This document shows, piece by piece, positions 1-9,510 of a DNA stretch of 64,000 bases. Under the pieces are notes generated by a model, which worked only from the letters and a program-made list of their open reading frames with translations, was not told the origin of the DNA and ran no database searches. The translations under genes were made by a program, and so were the position numbers. The stretch is from an uncultured Actinomycetota bacterium. GTDB taxonomy: Bacteria; Actinomycetota; Actinomycetes; JAHEKZ01. Within the stretch, counting starts at the first letter, position 1. Each line of letters starts with the position of its first letter. The stretch is taken from NCBI GenBank assembly GCA_963829525.1, contig CAWHIJ010000003.1:2752001-2816000 (forward strand), in the 5' to 3' direction.

Positions 1-1590
1 CCACTTGCCGCCGTACTGCTCGTACGACTGCGTGTCGTGCCTCTCGGGGCCATGGCCCATCGGGAGTACGTAGTCGGCGAACATTGCCGTCTCCGACCAC
101 GTGGGCGTCAGGGCTACGTGCAGCCCGACCAGACTCTCGTCGGTCAGCGCCTCGATCCAGCTGAAGCCATCGGGGTTTGTCCAGATCGGGTTGTAGACGC
201 GGGAGAAGTAGGTATCGACCTTGCCTCGTCCCTCTTTGAGCAGGTGGGGTAGCAGGATCGACATCTCGTTGGTCGAGAGCGGATACTCCGCCGGCCACAG
301 CTTCTCGTTCCACTGGTCGTGCCCGCTCGGCATGTTCGGGCCATGCGGGATGAACTTGTTCCAACCATTGGGGCTGGTGCCACCAACGGTGCCGACGCTG
401 CCGGTCAGCACCGTGAGGAAGAAGAGCGCACGCGCCACCATCCAGCCGCCGAGGTTGCCGGCCGTCGCCGCCCGCCACACATGCGCGGCCAGTCGCCCTT
501 CAGCACCTGCGACGAGCTTGGCTAGCTCCTCCACCTGCTCGGCAGGGATCTGCGCCTCCTGGGCGGCGTACTCGAAGGTGTACTGGCGGTACTCATCGGT
601 CAGGGCAGCCTTGAACGCGTCGAAGTCGCCGGGGTCGGCATCAGGCTGCAGCTCACGAAGGTAGACGTCCCAGTTGACCCAGCGACGCACGTAGTCCCAC
701 GCCACCTGGTCGGTGCGCAGCAGGTAGGACGCAATGGCCAGCAGGATCGCCGCCTCGCTGCCCGGCCACGGGCTCATCCAAAGATCGGCGTGCGACGCGG
801 TGTTCGAAAGCCGCGGGTCGAGGACGACGAGCTTGGCATTGCCCTTGACCTTGCCCTTCCATGATGCGCTGCGCATGGGGGTTGAAGTAGTGGCCGGCCT
901 CGAGATGGCTGGAGATCAGCAGGATGACCCTGGCGTTGGCGTAGTCCGGCGACGGTCGGTCGTATCCGCCCCAGAGGGTGTAGCCCAAGCCGTGCGCCCG
1001 CAGAGCAGATGTTGGTGTGGCTGTTGTGCCCGTCGACTCCCCAGGCCAGCAGCACCCGTTCGGCGAAGCCGTCCTCGCCCGGGCGACCGACGTGGTAGAT
1101 CACCTCGTCGCGGCGGTCCTCGGTCGATCGCCGTTGCGGATCCGCCCAGCGATGTCGTCGAGCGCCTCGTCCCACATCACCGGCTCGAACTGGCCGCTGC
1201 CCCGCTCGCCGACGCGACGGAGCGGGGTGAGGATGCGCTCGGGGTCGTTGACCTGGTTGACGGTGGCCGGTCCCTTGGCGCAGTTGCGACCCCGGGAACC
1301 CGGGTGCGCCGGGATTTCCCTCAAGCTTCTTGATCGTGAGGTCGTCCCGGTCGACGTACGCCAAGCAGCCCGCAGGCCGACTCGCAGTTGAAGCAGGTCG
1401 TCGGCACGAGCATGTAGTGCTTCTCGACCTTGCGCGGGTGCGCCTTCGCATCGTTGAGCACGACGTCGTCCCACGTGTCTCGACCGGCGGGAAGTTGGAA
1501 ACGGTCTCGCGGAGTGCGCAAGCCGAACGCCTCCGGGGCATCTGGGCCAACGGGCGAGGCTGCCGGGCGGGACTCTGGGTGCGTGGTCAT
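1..1590 (-). CDS. Molybdopterin (bis-MGD, DMSO-reductase superfamily) oxidoreductase catalytic subunit; runs off the left edge; several apparent indels
   Basis: Pieced across frames: NFPPVE(T)WDD..KHYMLVPTTCFNCESACGLL(A)YVD..EGNP(A)HPGSRGRNCAKG gives an FS0 CxxCxxxC..C motif. Also RILTPLRRVGERGSGQFEPVMWDEALDDIA, HNSHTNICSAGAR (putative Mo-ligand Cys) and SSHLEAGHYFNPHAQRI. ATG at 1590 with RBS AGGAG. Confidence 0.85.
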
Positions 1591-1598
1591 CACAGCTC

Positions 1599-3120
1599 CT
1601 AGGACAGCGGGACGTCTTGCGCGGCTTTGACGAACACGGACTCGTACGGCAAGCAGTGGCACCTGAACAAGCAGCCCGACGGCCACGCCGAGCCACACCG
1701 AGGCGCCCATGCGCCAGCGCGAGGCCGCCCGCAAGGACCACGAGCGACAGCAGCACTGAACCGAACCAGAACGTCTTGGCGTACCTGCCGCGCACGATGA
1801 TGTGAGCGGCTACCTCGGCATTGCGGGTGGAGTGCGTGCCGCCCAGCTCGACGAGGAGCATCAGCAGGTGAGCTGCCGTCGCGACGGTGAAGGTCACCCC
1901 GATCGCGGCGACCGTGCTCGGGGACGTGTCCAGGAAGGGTGCAACCACCAGCAGGGCCCCGCCTCCGGCCATCAGGGCCTGTGCTTGGAGGTGCCAGAAC
2001 AGCACGGGTGACTGCCAGAGGTCACGACCCTCAGCCTGGCCGAACAGGAACGCGGTGTATCCGGCTGTCATGACAGCGGCGGGGATGGCCGGCCAGGCCA
2101 TCGCTTCGACCAAGCCGTCCGCACCGAACACTCCGCCGAGGAACCAGATCCCGACGACAGCGGCGAAGACGCCCAGGATCACCCCGCCCCAGACCAGCCA
2201 CGAACTGAGGTTGGGCTTGGTGAGCAGGTAGTAGAAACGCTCAGGCCTCTTGAGGTCGGAGATCAGCAACACGGCCGTGACTGCCGCGAATACCGCGCCG
2301 ACAAGTGGCGCAGCAATCCCGGTAAGCGTCGTCGGGGACTGGTCGACCACCAGCAGGAAGGCGGCGATCATGACAGCGCCTGCCGCTATCGACTTGGTCC
2401 ACAGGTACGACCACACCTTCCAGCCCCACGGCCGCGGGTGCGCGGTGTTGAGCGTGGTGCGCGCGTTCGTCTTCGGATTGACCGCGAAAGTCGCCCCTGT
2501 TCTCAGCGCGCTGTGCGTCGGGCTGCGCCCAGATGTACGTGTCGTCCACCGGGGCCGCGAGCGGGGTCGAGCACTGCCTCACTTGCGCCGACGTAGAAGA
2601 CGTTGGGACCTGTCTTCTGCTCGGGAGTGCGGGTCTGCACAGGGGTGATGCTCAGGAACTTGCGAATACCACTGTCGGGGTCATCGAGGTCGCCCATCCA
2701 GATCGACTCGGTGGGGCATACGACCACGCATGCCGGCTCCAGACCTTGGTCGATCCGGTGGGCGCAGAAGTTGCACTTTGCCGCCGTGTGGGTGTCCTCA
2801 TCGATGTACAGGGCGTCGTAAGGGCAAGCTTGCATGCAACTCTTACAGCCGATGCAACGGTCGCCGTCGAAATCGACGATGCCATCTTCGCGCTTGAACA
2901 ACGCCCCCGTGGGGCAGATGGAGACGCAAGGTGCATCTGTGCAGTGGTTGCAGCGCATGACACCGAACTCGCGCGTTGTCGATGGATACTCGCCCTTGTC
3001 GACGTACTTCACCCAGGTGCGGAACTGCCCAACCGGAACCTCGTGCTCGGTCTTACACGCCACCGTGCACGCGTGACAACCGATGCAGGTGCGCTGATCG
3101 ATGGCGAAGCCGTACTGCAC
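1599..3120 (-). CDS. 4Fe-4S dicluster (DmsB/NrfC/PsrB-like) domain apparently fused to an NrfD/PsrC-type membrane anchor; frameshifted
   Basis: 2503..3120 has CIGCHACTVAC, CNHCTDAPCVSICP, CIGCKSCMQACP and CNFC..CVVVCP. The sequence continues across frames (LDPLAAPVDDTYIWAQPD..HPRPWGWKVWSYLWTKSIAAG) into NrfD motifs DLKRPERF, SWLVWGG and YTAFLFGQAEGRDLWQSP, ending QDVPLS-TAG at 1599. Confidence 0.8.
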
Positions 3121-3122
3121 TA

Positions 3123-3362
3123 TCAGTCACTTCTTCCGGATGGTGTAGCGTGATAGACCGGACCTTCGGTCTCACTCTCCACCAACTCGTGCCCCATATC
3201 CCTGGTCCATGACGGGATGTCGCTCTTCGACCCGGCGTCGGTCGACTCGACCAGCATCAACTGCCCGACTCGACCTCGTCGATCCCCTTTCGTGCGAGCA
3301 GAACCGGCATGGGGCACGACAGGCCCTTTGGCGTCAACGACCTTGCTGATCTCGTCGGCCAT
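3123..3362 (-). CDS. tusA: TusA-family sulfur carrier (CPxP motif recovered after indel correction)
   Basis: MADEISKVVDAK, then in a shifted frame GLSCPMPVLLARKGIDEVE, then GQLMLVESTDAGSKSDIPSWTRDMGHEL. RBS GGAGGAG upstream. About 3 indels. Confidence 0.8.
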   Translation of the reverse strand: MADEISKVVDAKGPVVPHAGSARTKGDRRGRVGQLMLVESTDAGSKSDIPSWTRDMGHELVESETEGPVYHATPSGRSD

Positions 3363-3387
3363 GTCTCCTCCAGTGCTGCGTCGAGCA

Positions 3388-3880
3388 TCAGATGAAGAGC
3401 TGGATCTTGGACCGGGACATCTCGCTGAGGGCGGTGGCTGCTCCCGCTGGTTCACCCAGACCGGGCCGGAGCTGGTCAGGGCGAAGTGCCCAACAGGTCC
3501 ATCGTCATCTGGCAGGGCCAAATCTTGACGCCCATGTCGAGGCACATATCGAACAGATCCTCCGGCGGCATGACGTTGTGCTGACCCGCCAGCTTGCGCA
3601 TCATCCACTTGCCGGCACCACCCATGTTGAGTTTCGACAACTTTGCACGCCGGAAGCCGGGCGGATTCATCCCGGACAGCATCTTGGTCATCGCGTTGTC
3701 TCCGGTGAGCCGCACGTCGTCTCGCACCAGGGGGAAGAGTCCCCAGAAGGTGTGGAAGACGGTCACGTCCATGCCGTACGCCGCACCGGTCGAGCTCAAG
3801 ATCATCGTCGGCCACAGCTTGTCGAGGTCACCGCTGAAAGCGATGATCGTCATCTTGTCGGGAGTCTTGTCCTCTGACAT
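3388..3880 (-). CDS. DsrE/DsrF/DrsH-like (DsrE2/YrkE-type) sulfur relay protein; one indel near 3490
   Basis: IIAFSGDLDK..GMDVTVFHTFWGL..LSKLNMGGAG..GVKIWPCQMTMDLLG. The C-terminus ..GAATALSEMSRSKIQLFI-TGA is in another frame. RBS GGAGG. Confidence 0.85.
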
Positions 3881-3932
3881 CAGCAGCGCCTCCTGGTCTC
3901 AGGCGCCCTGCCCGACGCCGACAGCGTCACCG

Positions 3933-3954
3933 TACTTGCGTAGATGCGCATGTA
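3933..3954. promoter_or_regulatory. Putative ArsR operator box 1 (TACTTGCG-N6-CGCATGTA)
   Basis: 8-6-8 inverted repeat with 7/8 matches, upstream of dsrE; related boxes at 4008 and 6794. Confidence 0.6.
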
Positions 3955-4007
3955 GCAAGGACTTCGAGCAAGCTCTGATCCGTAAGTTCTTCCACAATCA
4001 GTGACTC

Positions 4008-4029
4008 TGTATTAGCGTCTGCGCAAGTA
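4008..4029. promoter_or_regulatory. Putative ArsR operator box 2
   Basis: The reverse complement TACTTGCGCAGACGCTAATACA resembles box 1; upstream of the rhodanese-MBL gene. Confidence 0.55.
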
Positions 4030-4057
4030 GAGAGGTTCTGGCTCTTGGGAGGTCCCC

Positions 4058-5188
4058 GTGGTCCGTACCGTGACCCCGACCGAGCTCTTCGCTGAGATCG
4101 AGCACGGTCACGTCCCGTTCATGCTCGACGTGCGCAACCCCGACGAGTTCGCCAACTGGCAAGTGGAGGGCGCCCGTCCGGTCGAGACCGAGAACTTGCC
4201 GGTGTGGCGAGCTCTTGATGCCGTCGACGAGCTGGCGCAGACGCTGCCGGACAACAGCGTGCTCATCTGCGCGCACGGAAACGGCAGCGAGCTCATCGTC
4301 GACATGCTGGCCGAACGAGGCAAGCCAACGCGAAACCTGGAGGGCGGGACAGCGGCGTGGGCCTCGCTGCTCGTCCCAAGACCCATGCCCGGCCTGCCGG
4401 AGGGGCTGGTCGGCTGGCAGATCCAGCGCCCGGCGAAAGCCTGCCTCTCTTACCTGATCGGCGTTCCTGGTCATGGCTGCGTCGTGGTCGACCCAGCACG
4501 ATTCCCTGATCCTTACGTCGGTCTGGCGACCGAGCACGGCATGACCATCAATTACGTCGTCGACACCCATGTGCACGCCGACCACATCACCGGCGGCCCT
4601 GCTCTGGCCGATGCAGTCGGAGCCAGCTACTCGGTTCCGCTGGAGGACACCGGCGGCTCCACACCCTTCCCGAACCATCCGCTCCAGGACGGACAGACCC
4701 TCGATCTCGGTTCGGTGCAGCTCGAGGTGCTGGGGATCAAGCTCCCGGGGCATACTCCCGGCACCACCTGCGTGCTGGTCCCCGGTCACGCCCTGCTGTC
4801 GGGTGACACGATCTTCGTTCGGGGTGTTGGACGCCCCGACCTCACCGGCCAGGCCGAGGATCTCGCTCGCGAGCTGTTCCACACCGTCCACGAGAAACTG
4901 CGTCCACTCAACCCCGAGACACAGGTCTTCCCAGCACACTGGTCGAGCAGCGACGAGATGGGAGCTGATGGGCTGGTGCGGACGACGATGGAGGAGGTCT
5001 TCGAATCAACGCTGATGAATGAGGCAGACCTGGTCCAGTTCGTCAGCGAGATCGTCGGGTCGCTGCCGTCGGCGCCGTCCTTCTACGACACCATCCGCGA
5101 GGTCAACGCCGGAAGGGCGGTGTCCGCCGAGGAGATCGAGGTCCTGGAGATCGGCAAGAACCAGTGCGCTGCATCCACGACGCTCTGA
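4058..5188 (+). CDS. Rhodanese + MBL-fold persulfide dioxygenase-like fusion (YrkH-like)
   Basis: N-terminal LDVRNPDEF..ICAHGNGS rhodanese. MBL motifs DTHVHADH, PGHTPG, GDTIF..GRPDL and PAH. C-terminal EIGKNQCAA. Confidence 0.85.
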   Translation: MVRTVTPTELFAEIEHGHVPFMLDVRNPDEFANWQVEGARPVETENLPVWRALDAVDELAQTLPDNSVLICAHGNGSELIVDMLAERGKPTRNLEGGTAAWASLLVPRPMPGLPEGLVGWQIQRPAKACLSYLIGVPGHGCVVVDPARFPDPYVGLATEHGMTINYVVDTHVHADHITGGPALADAVGASYSVPLEDTGGSTPFPNHPLQDGQTLDLGSVQLEVLGIKLPGHTPGTTCVLVPGHALLSGDTIFVRGVGRPDLTGQAEDLARELFHTVHEKLRPLNPETQVFPAHWSSSDEMGADGLVRTTMEEVFESTLMNEADLVQFVSEIVGSLPSAPSFYDTIREVNAGRAVSAEEIEVLEIGKNQCAASTTL

Positions 5189-5192
5189 TCCA

Positions 5193-6758
5193 CTACGCCT
5201 GTCGTTGGGCCTCATCGCCGTCGGAAAATTGCGCCTTGCACTCCTCGGCGAGGTCGTCCAGCAGCACCCGGCCAACAATCCGTCGCAACTGCGGTGGCAC
5301 GTTGCAAACTTCGGCGACGATTCCAGCCTCCCGCACTTCCTCCAAGAGGGTGCGCAGCGCCATCGCCCCGGTCACGTCGAGGCGCCCCAGACCGTCGAGG
5401 TCAACCCTCAGTCGCTCGGTTCCGGGGTGTTCGGCAAGCAGGTTGTTGACGGCATCCTCCATGCCGGGAGCAGACGCGAAGTAGAGAACCCCGGACGGGC
5501 GTACATGCAGGACACCGTCCTCGAAGTCGGCCGGCACCTGGATGTGCAGCTCACGCCATAGGTGAACGAGCGCGGCCACCCCTACGCCCAAGACGACGGC
5601 GAGGTCCAGTCGGGGGGCCAGGACAAGCGCACCCACGTACGTGATCGCGGCAGTCGCAAACTGGACTCTGCCCAGTTTCCAGAACCCAAGTACCGGACGC
5701 GGGTTCACCAACCTCAGCACCGAGGCAATGACGATGCCGGCAAGCACAGACTTCGGAAGCGACTCCAAGAGCGCGGCGAACGGGAGGAACGCCAAGACCA
5801 GCAAGCCGGCCACCAGGCTGCTCCAGCGAGTCCTGGCCCCGGCGAGCCGGTTCAAAGTGCTCCGAGAGAACGAACCTCCCACGGGGTAGCCGCCGGCGAG
5901 CCCGGAAGCCAGGTTGGCGACGCCCTGCGAGATCAGCTCGCGGTCCGAGCTCCAGTACTGCCGGTCCTCGGCCGCGAGCCTGCGGCAGATGGCGGCCGGC
6001 TCGGCGAACCCAACGAGTGCGATCACCAGGGCGGGGATGATGAGCCTGAGTGAGTCAGACCACGGAAGGTCGATGGGGTTCGGGATGCCCTCGATGCTCA
6101 CCGCACCGACGACAGGACCACCCGCACCAGTTGTCGAGGCCACGATGACTGCCCCGACGACCAGCATCGGAACGATGGGAAAGGTCGCAGGCAGCCTGCG
6201 CACAAGAAGCATCGCGGCGATCGTGACCACAGAAAAGGCAACAGCGCTCAGATCCCAGACGCTCGGGTCGGTCAGAGCATCGAAAGCAGCGCGCCCTGGC
6301 CTAGCGCTGTCGGATGGTACCCCAACAGCCGCAGGAACCTGCGACAACAGGATCAATAGAGCGGCGGCGGCGGTAAAGGCCGCCAGCACCGGCTGCGACA
6401 TGAGGTAAGCGAGAACCCCACCGCCGTAGAGCCCGAGGACGAGACGCACGAGACCCACGAACAGCGCCAGCAGAGCGGCCAGCGCGACGTACTGGGCGCT
6501 GCCCTCCCCCGCAAGCCCGCTCAAACCACCCAGCACCAGCAGTGAGGTGATCGCAACAGGCCCGGTAGCCAGATACGGCGACGAGGCAAAGAAGGACGCC
6601 GCGATGGGTGCGGCGAAAGCAGCGAGCAAGCCGGTGGCAGGCGGGAGTCCTGCGAGCGAGGCATAGGCCACCGCCTGCGGGATCAGTACGACAGAGACGC
6701 TGATTCCCGCGACCAGGTCACCGACGACCGGACGCGTTGGTACCTCGCGGCGTGCCAT
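5193..6758 (-). CDS. SulP/SLC26 anion permease with STAS domain
   Basis: GDLVAGISVSVVLIPQAVAYASLAGLPP, GGSFSRS, GARTRWSSL; C-terminal STAS LYFASA..LDVTGAMAL. Confidence 0.9.
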   Translation of the reverse strand: MARREVPTRPVVGDLVAGISVSVVLIPQAVAYASLAGLPPATGLLAAFAAPIAASFFASSPYLATGPVAITSLLVLGGLSGLAGEGSAQYVALAALLALFVGLVRLVLGLYGGGVLAYLMSQPVLAAFTAAAALLILLSQVPAAVGVPSDSARPGRAAFDALTDPSVWDLSAVAFSVVTIAAMLLVRRLPATFPIVPMLVVGAVIVASTTGAGGPVVGAVSIEGIPNPIDLPWSDSLRLIIPALVIALVGFAEPAAICRRLAAEDRQYWSSDRELISQGVANLASGLAGGYPVGGSFSRSTLNRLAGARTRWSSLVAGLLVLAFLPFAALLESLPKSVLAGIVIASVLRLVNPRPVLGFWKLGRVQFATAAITYVGALVLAPRLDLAVVLGVGVAALVHLWRELHIQVPADFEDGVLHVRPSGVLYFASAPGMEDAVNNLLAEHPGTERLRVDLDGLGRLDVTGAMALRTLLEEVREAGIVAEVCNVPPQLRRIVGRVLLDDLAEECKAQFSDGDEAQRQA

Positions 6759-6793
6759 CCCTGACCCTCCTCACGTCACTCCTACCGTACGCA

Positions 6794-6815
6794 GACATGC
6801 GCAGATACTGAAGAA
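6794..6815. promoter_or_regulatory. Putative ArsR operator box 3 (GACATGCG-CAGATA-CTGAAGAA)
   Basis: Shares ACWTGCGYAGAY with boxes 1 and 2; lies between the divergent sulP and arsR genes. Confidence 0.5.
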
Positions 6816-6862
6816 TGCTTGTTGATCATTACACTGATGAGCACCATCACCAGGGAGGGCCT

Positions 6863-7222
6863 ATGGATCGGGAGACCGAGCGCGAGATCCATGAGCTTCA
6901 TGCACGGATCTGTAAGGCCATCGCTGACCCCAAGAGGCTGCTGATCATCAACGAACTCCGGAACGGTCCACTGACCGTTGGTGAGCTCTCCGATGCCCTG
7001 GAGATCAGCCAGTCAAACTGCAGCCAGCACCTGGCCATCCTGCGCGATCGTGGCGTTGTGATGTCCGAACGCAACGGGACGAGCGTCAGCTACGCGCTCC
7101 GCAGCGAGAAGGTGCTTCGGGCCGTCGACCTGCTGCGAGAGTTTATGGCCGAGGACCTCGGCACGCGTAGTCGGCTTGGCAAGGCCGCGACCAAGATCCC
7201 CCGAGGGACTAGTCGCCGCTGA
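6863..7222 (+). CDS. ArsR/SmtB-family transcriptional regulator
   Basis: CKAIADPKRLLIINEL..TVGELSDALEISQSNCSQHLAILRDRGVV..ERNGTSVSY; RBS GGGAGGG before ATG 6863. Confidence 0.9.
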   Translation: MDRETEREIHELHARICKAIADPKRLLIINELRNGPLTVGELSDALEISQSNCSQHLAILRDRGVVMSERNGTSVSYALRSEKVLRAVDLLREFMAEDLGTRSRLGKAATKIPRGTSRR

Positions 7223-8348
7223 CCATCGGTCCGCGCACCGCCAGATACCGCTCGGCAAATCGCGCCAACAGAGCGTCCTGGGGCGGGTAGACGCCCTGGA
7301 TGAACCCGGGAGAAGACACCCCTCGCTGCGCGCGTTCACACACCGCCCAGTCTTGTCTGCTCACCAGGTCGAGGAACTCGACCATGTCGGAGCAGTCGAA
7401 TCCCGGGGCCTCGATCGTCTCAGGCCGGAAGAGATACTCCGAGACGATCGTCGTGTGCCCGGGCCCCCGAGGGAACATCGTGTAGACCATCGCACCCGTC
7501 GAGAGCAGGTTCATAGCCACGTTGGGGAACACCGAGTAGCCCCAGTAGGTACGGCAGTCAAGTTCGGTGAGGTCAGGCAGCTGGGGCAGTGATGACGTAC
7601 CACTGAGCGTGAAAGTCGTCAGACCATCGTCCAACGTCGCGCCGAGGTCAGGACGGTCGGGCTCGAACACCATTCCTTTGCGGTACATCGGTACCAGGTT
7701 TGCCAGCTCGGGATGGACCCCCGGACAGTGCAGGCACTCGTTGAAGTTGTCGTGGATGATCTTCCAGTTCGCCGCCACCTCGTAGACGATCTTGTGCCCC
7801 GTTAGCAGCTCGCCGACCTTGTAGCGCTCGTAGTCGAGTGGCCCATCCGGCTCGTCTGCCAACTGGTCGCGAAGCGGCTGGGGCTCCGTTCCTGGATGCA
7901 CGAAGACGAAGCCCTCCCACGTGTCACATGCCATTGAACGCAAGGGGTACTGCGTGCGGTCGAAGTCGTCGCCCGCACGGACATTGGGCGTACCGATGAG
8001 CTTCCCTTCCAAGTCATACACCCAGTTGTGGTACGGGCAGCTGAATGCGCCTTTGGTGCTGCCAGCTCCTTCATCGCAGAGGACCGAACCGCGGTGCCGA
8101 CACACGTTGTAGAACGCGCGGATGACCCCGTCCTTACCATGAGCGACAAGAACGCCAGTTCCGGCAACGTCGCGGGCGAGGTAGTCGCCGGGGTCGGGCA
8201 TCTCCTCGATCCGACCGACGCAGAACCAACTCCTCTGGAAGACCGTCTCGCGCTCGAACTGCCATACGGACTCGTCGTAGTAGTCCCGACCCGGCAGTCC
8301 AGGAAAGGTGCGGTCGATGGCGACTCCGGCGATCGTCTCGTCAAGCAT
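7209..8348 (-). CDS. Rieske non-heme iron oxygenase alpha subunit (GbcA/choline-betaine demethylase-like group)
   Basis: Rieske motif NVCRHRG..CPYHNWVY; mononuclear Fe motif NWKIIHDNFNECLHCPGVHPEL; QDWAVCERAQRGV. Confidence 0.9.
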   Translation of the reverse strand: MLDETIAGVAIDRTFPGLPGRDYYDESVWQFERETVFQRSWFCVGRIEEMPDPGDYLARDVAGTGVLVAHGKDGVIRAFYNVCRHRGSVLCDEGAGSTKGAFSCPYHNWVYDLEGKLIGTPNVRAGDDFDRTQYPLRSMACDTWEGFVFVHPGTEPQPLRDQLADEPDGPLDYERYKVGELLTGHKIVYEVAANWKIIHDNFNECLHCPGVHPELANLVPMYRKGMVFEPDRPDLGATLDDGLTTFTLSGTSSLPQLPDLTELDCRTYWGYSVFPNVAMNLLSTGAMVYTMFPRGPGHTTIVSEYLFRPETIEAPGFDCSDMVEFLDLVSRQDWAVCERAQRGVSSPGFIQGVYPPQDALLARFAERYLAVRGPMVSGD

Positions 8349-8412
8349 CGGAGGACCTACCCTTCTTGTGAGTACGCGCGGGGCGTAGGAGACGAACCAG
8401 TAAACGATGAAA

Positions 8413-9405
8413 TCAACGGTCGATGCTGTCTATCTGCAGCAGTACCTTCCCAATATTGTCACCACGTTCGAGGACGCGATGAGCCTCCGCAACGTCCGTC
8501 CACGGCAGGACGCGATCGATGACCGGGAAAACAGTGCCGGCCTCAACGGAGGGCCACACATGCTCGAGGACCTGCGTCACGATGGCACCTTTCTCCTCTG
8601 GAGAGCGTGCTCGCAATGTAGAACCGTGGATGGAGGCACGCCTGGCCAGTAGCCGCCCCATGTCGAGCTCACCCTTCGTCCCCCCCTGGAGACCGATCAT
8701 CACAAGTCGCCCACCGAACGCCAGCGACCGGGTGTTCGCCTCCAGGTACTTCGCTCCGATGACATCGAGGATCACGTCTGCCCCACGCCCATCAGTGACC
8801 TCTTGCAGCACCGCGGCCCAGTCCTGATCGCGGTAATTGATCGCCACGTCGACACCCAACTCGGCACAGGCGTCAATCTTTCGCTGTGAGCCGCACGTCA
8901 CGATCGAACGAGCTCCGATCATCGCCGCCAACTGGATCGCCATGGTGCCGATGCCCGATCCACCGCCGTGGACGAGCAGTGTTTCACCCCGGCTCAGCCC
9001 AGCGATCATCACCAGGTTGGACCAGACCGTGCACACAACCTCGGGAAGTGCAGCGGCTTCGAGCAGTGAGACTGACGCAGGAACTGGCATGACCTGGACC
9101 TTTGGAACGGCCACGCGCTGCGCGTACCCCCCACCGGCAAGCAGGGCAGCAACCTCATCACCCACTCGCCACCGGTCGACATTGACGCCGAGGGCAGAGA
9201 TGACCCCTGAGCACTCCAACCCGAGATAGGGCGCGGCGCCCGGAGTCGGCGGGTATCGGCCCTCACGCTGCAGGAGGTCCGCACGGTTGACGCCGGCGGC
9301 CACGACGTCGATGACGACCTCGTCGGGGCCGGGATCGGGATCGGCGACCTTCGTAAGCTCCAGGACTTCGGGCCCACCAGGCTTCGAGCTCGTGATTGCC
9401 AGCAC
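8413..9405 (-). CDS. NAD(P)H:quinone oxidoreductase (PIG3/zeta-crystallin type)
   Basis: GVNRADLLQREGRYPP, LGLECSG, LVHGGGSGIGTMAIQLA; leaderless TAGGGT-N6-GTG. Confidence 0.9.
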   Translation of the reverse strand: MLAITSSKPGGPEVLELTKVADPDPGPDEVVIDVVAAGVNRADLLQREGRYPPTPGAAPYLGLECSGVISALGVNVDRWRVGDEVAALLAGGGYAQRVAVPKVQVMPVPASVSLLEAAALPEVVCTVWSNLVMIAGLSRGETLLVHGGGSGIGTMAIQLAAMIGARSIVTCGSQRKIDACAELGVDVAINYRDQDWAAVLQEVTDGRGADVILDVIGAKYLEANTRSLAFGGRLVMIGLQGGTKGELDMGRLLARRASIHGSTLRARSPEEKGAIVTQVLEHVWPSVEAGTVFPVIDRVLPWTDVAEAHRVLERGDNIGKVLLQIDSIDR

Positions 9406-9510
9406 TCCACGACCCTAGACGGATCGCCTTCACTGGAAAAGATCAGTGACCAACTCAGCCCTCCGTCGCTAGGGTGGCGCAGAGTTCCCCCACACCTTCG
9501 GAGTTCACCC

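Noticed and set aside
3123-3362. Selenocysteine or programmed frameshifting in tusA and the Mo operon
   Set aside because: The TGA in the CPMP frame does not align with a Cys position. The breaks are numerous and lack consistent slippery sites, so sequencing indels explain them better.
3998-4939. Long antisense ORFs (also 13699..14715, 38199..39368, 41713..42852, 52298..53416)
   Set aside because: They are shadow ORFs opposite well-supported genes and have no recognisable motifs.
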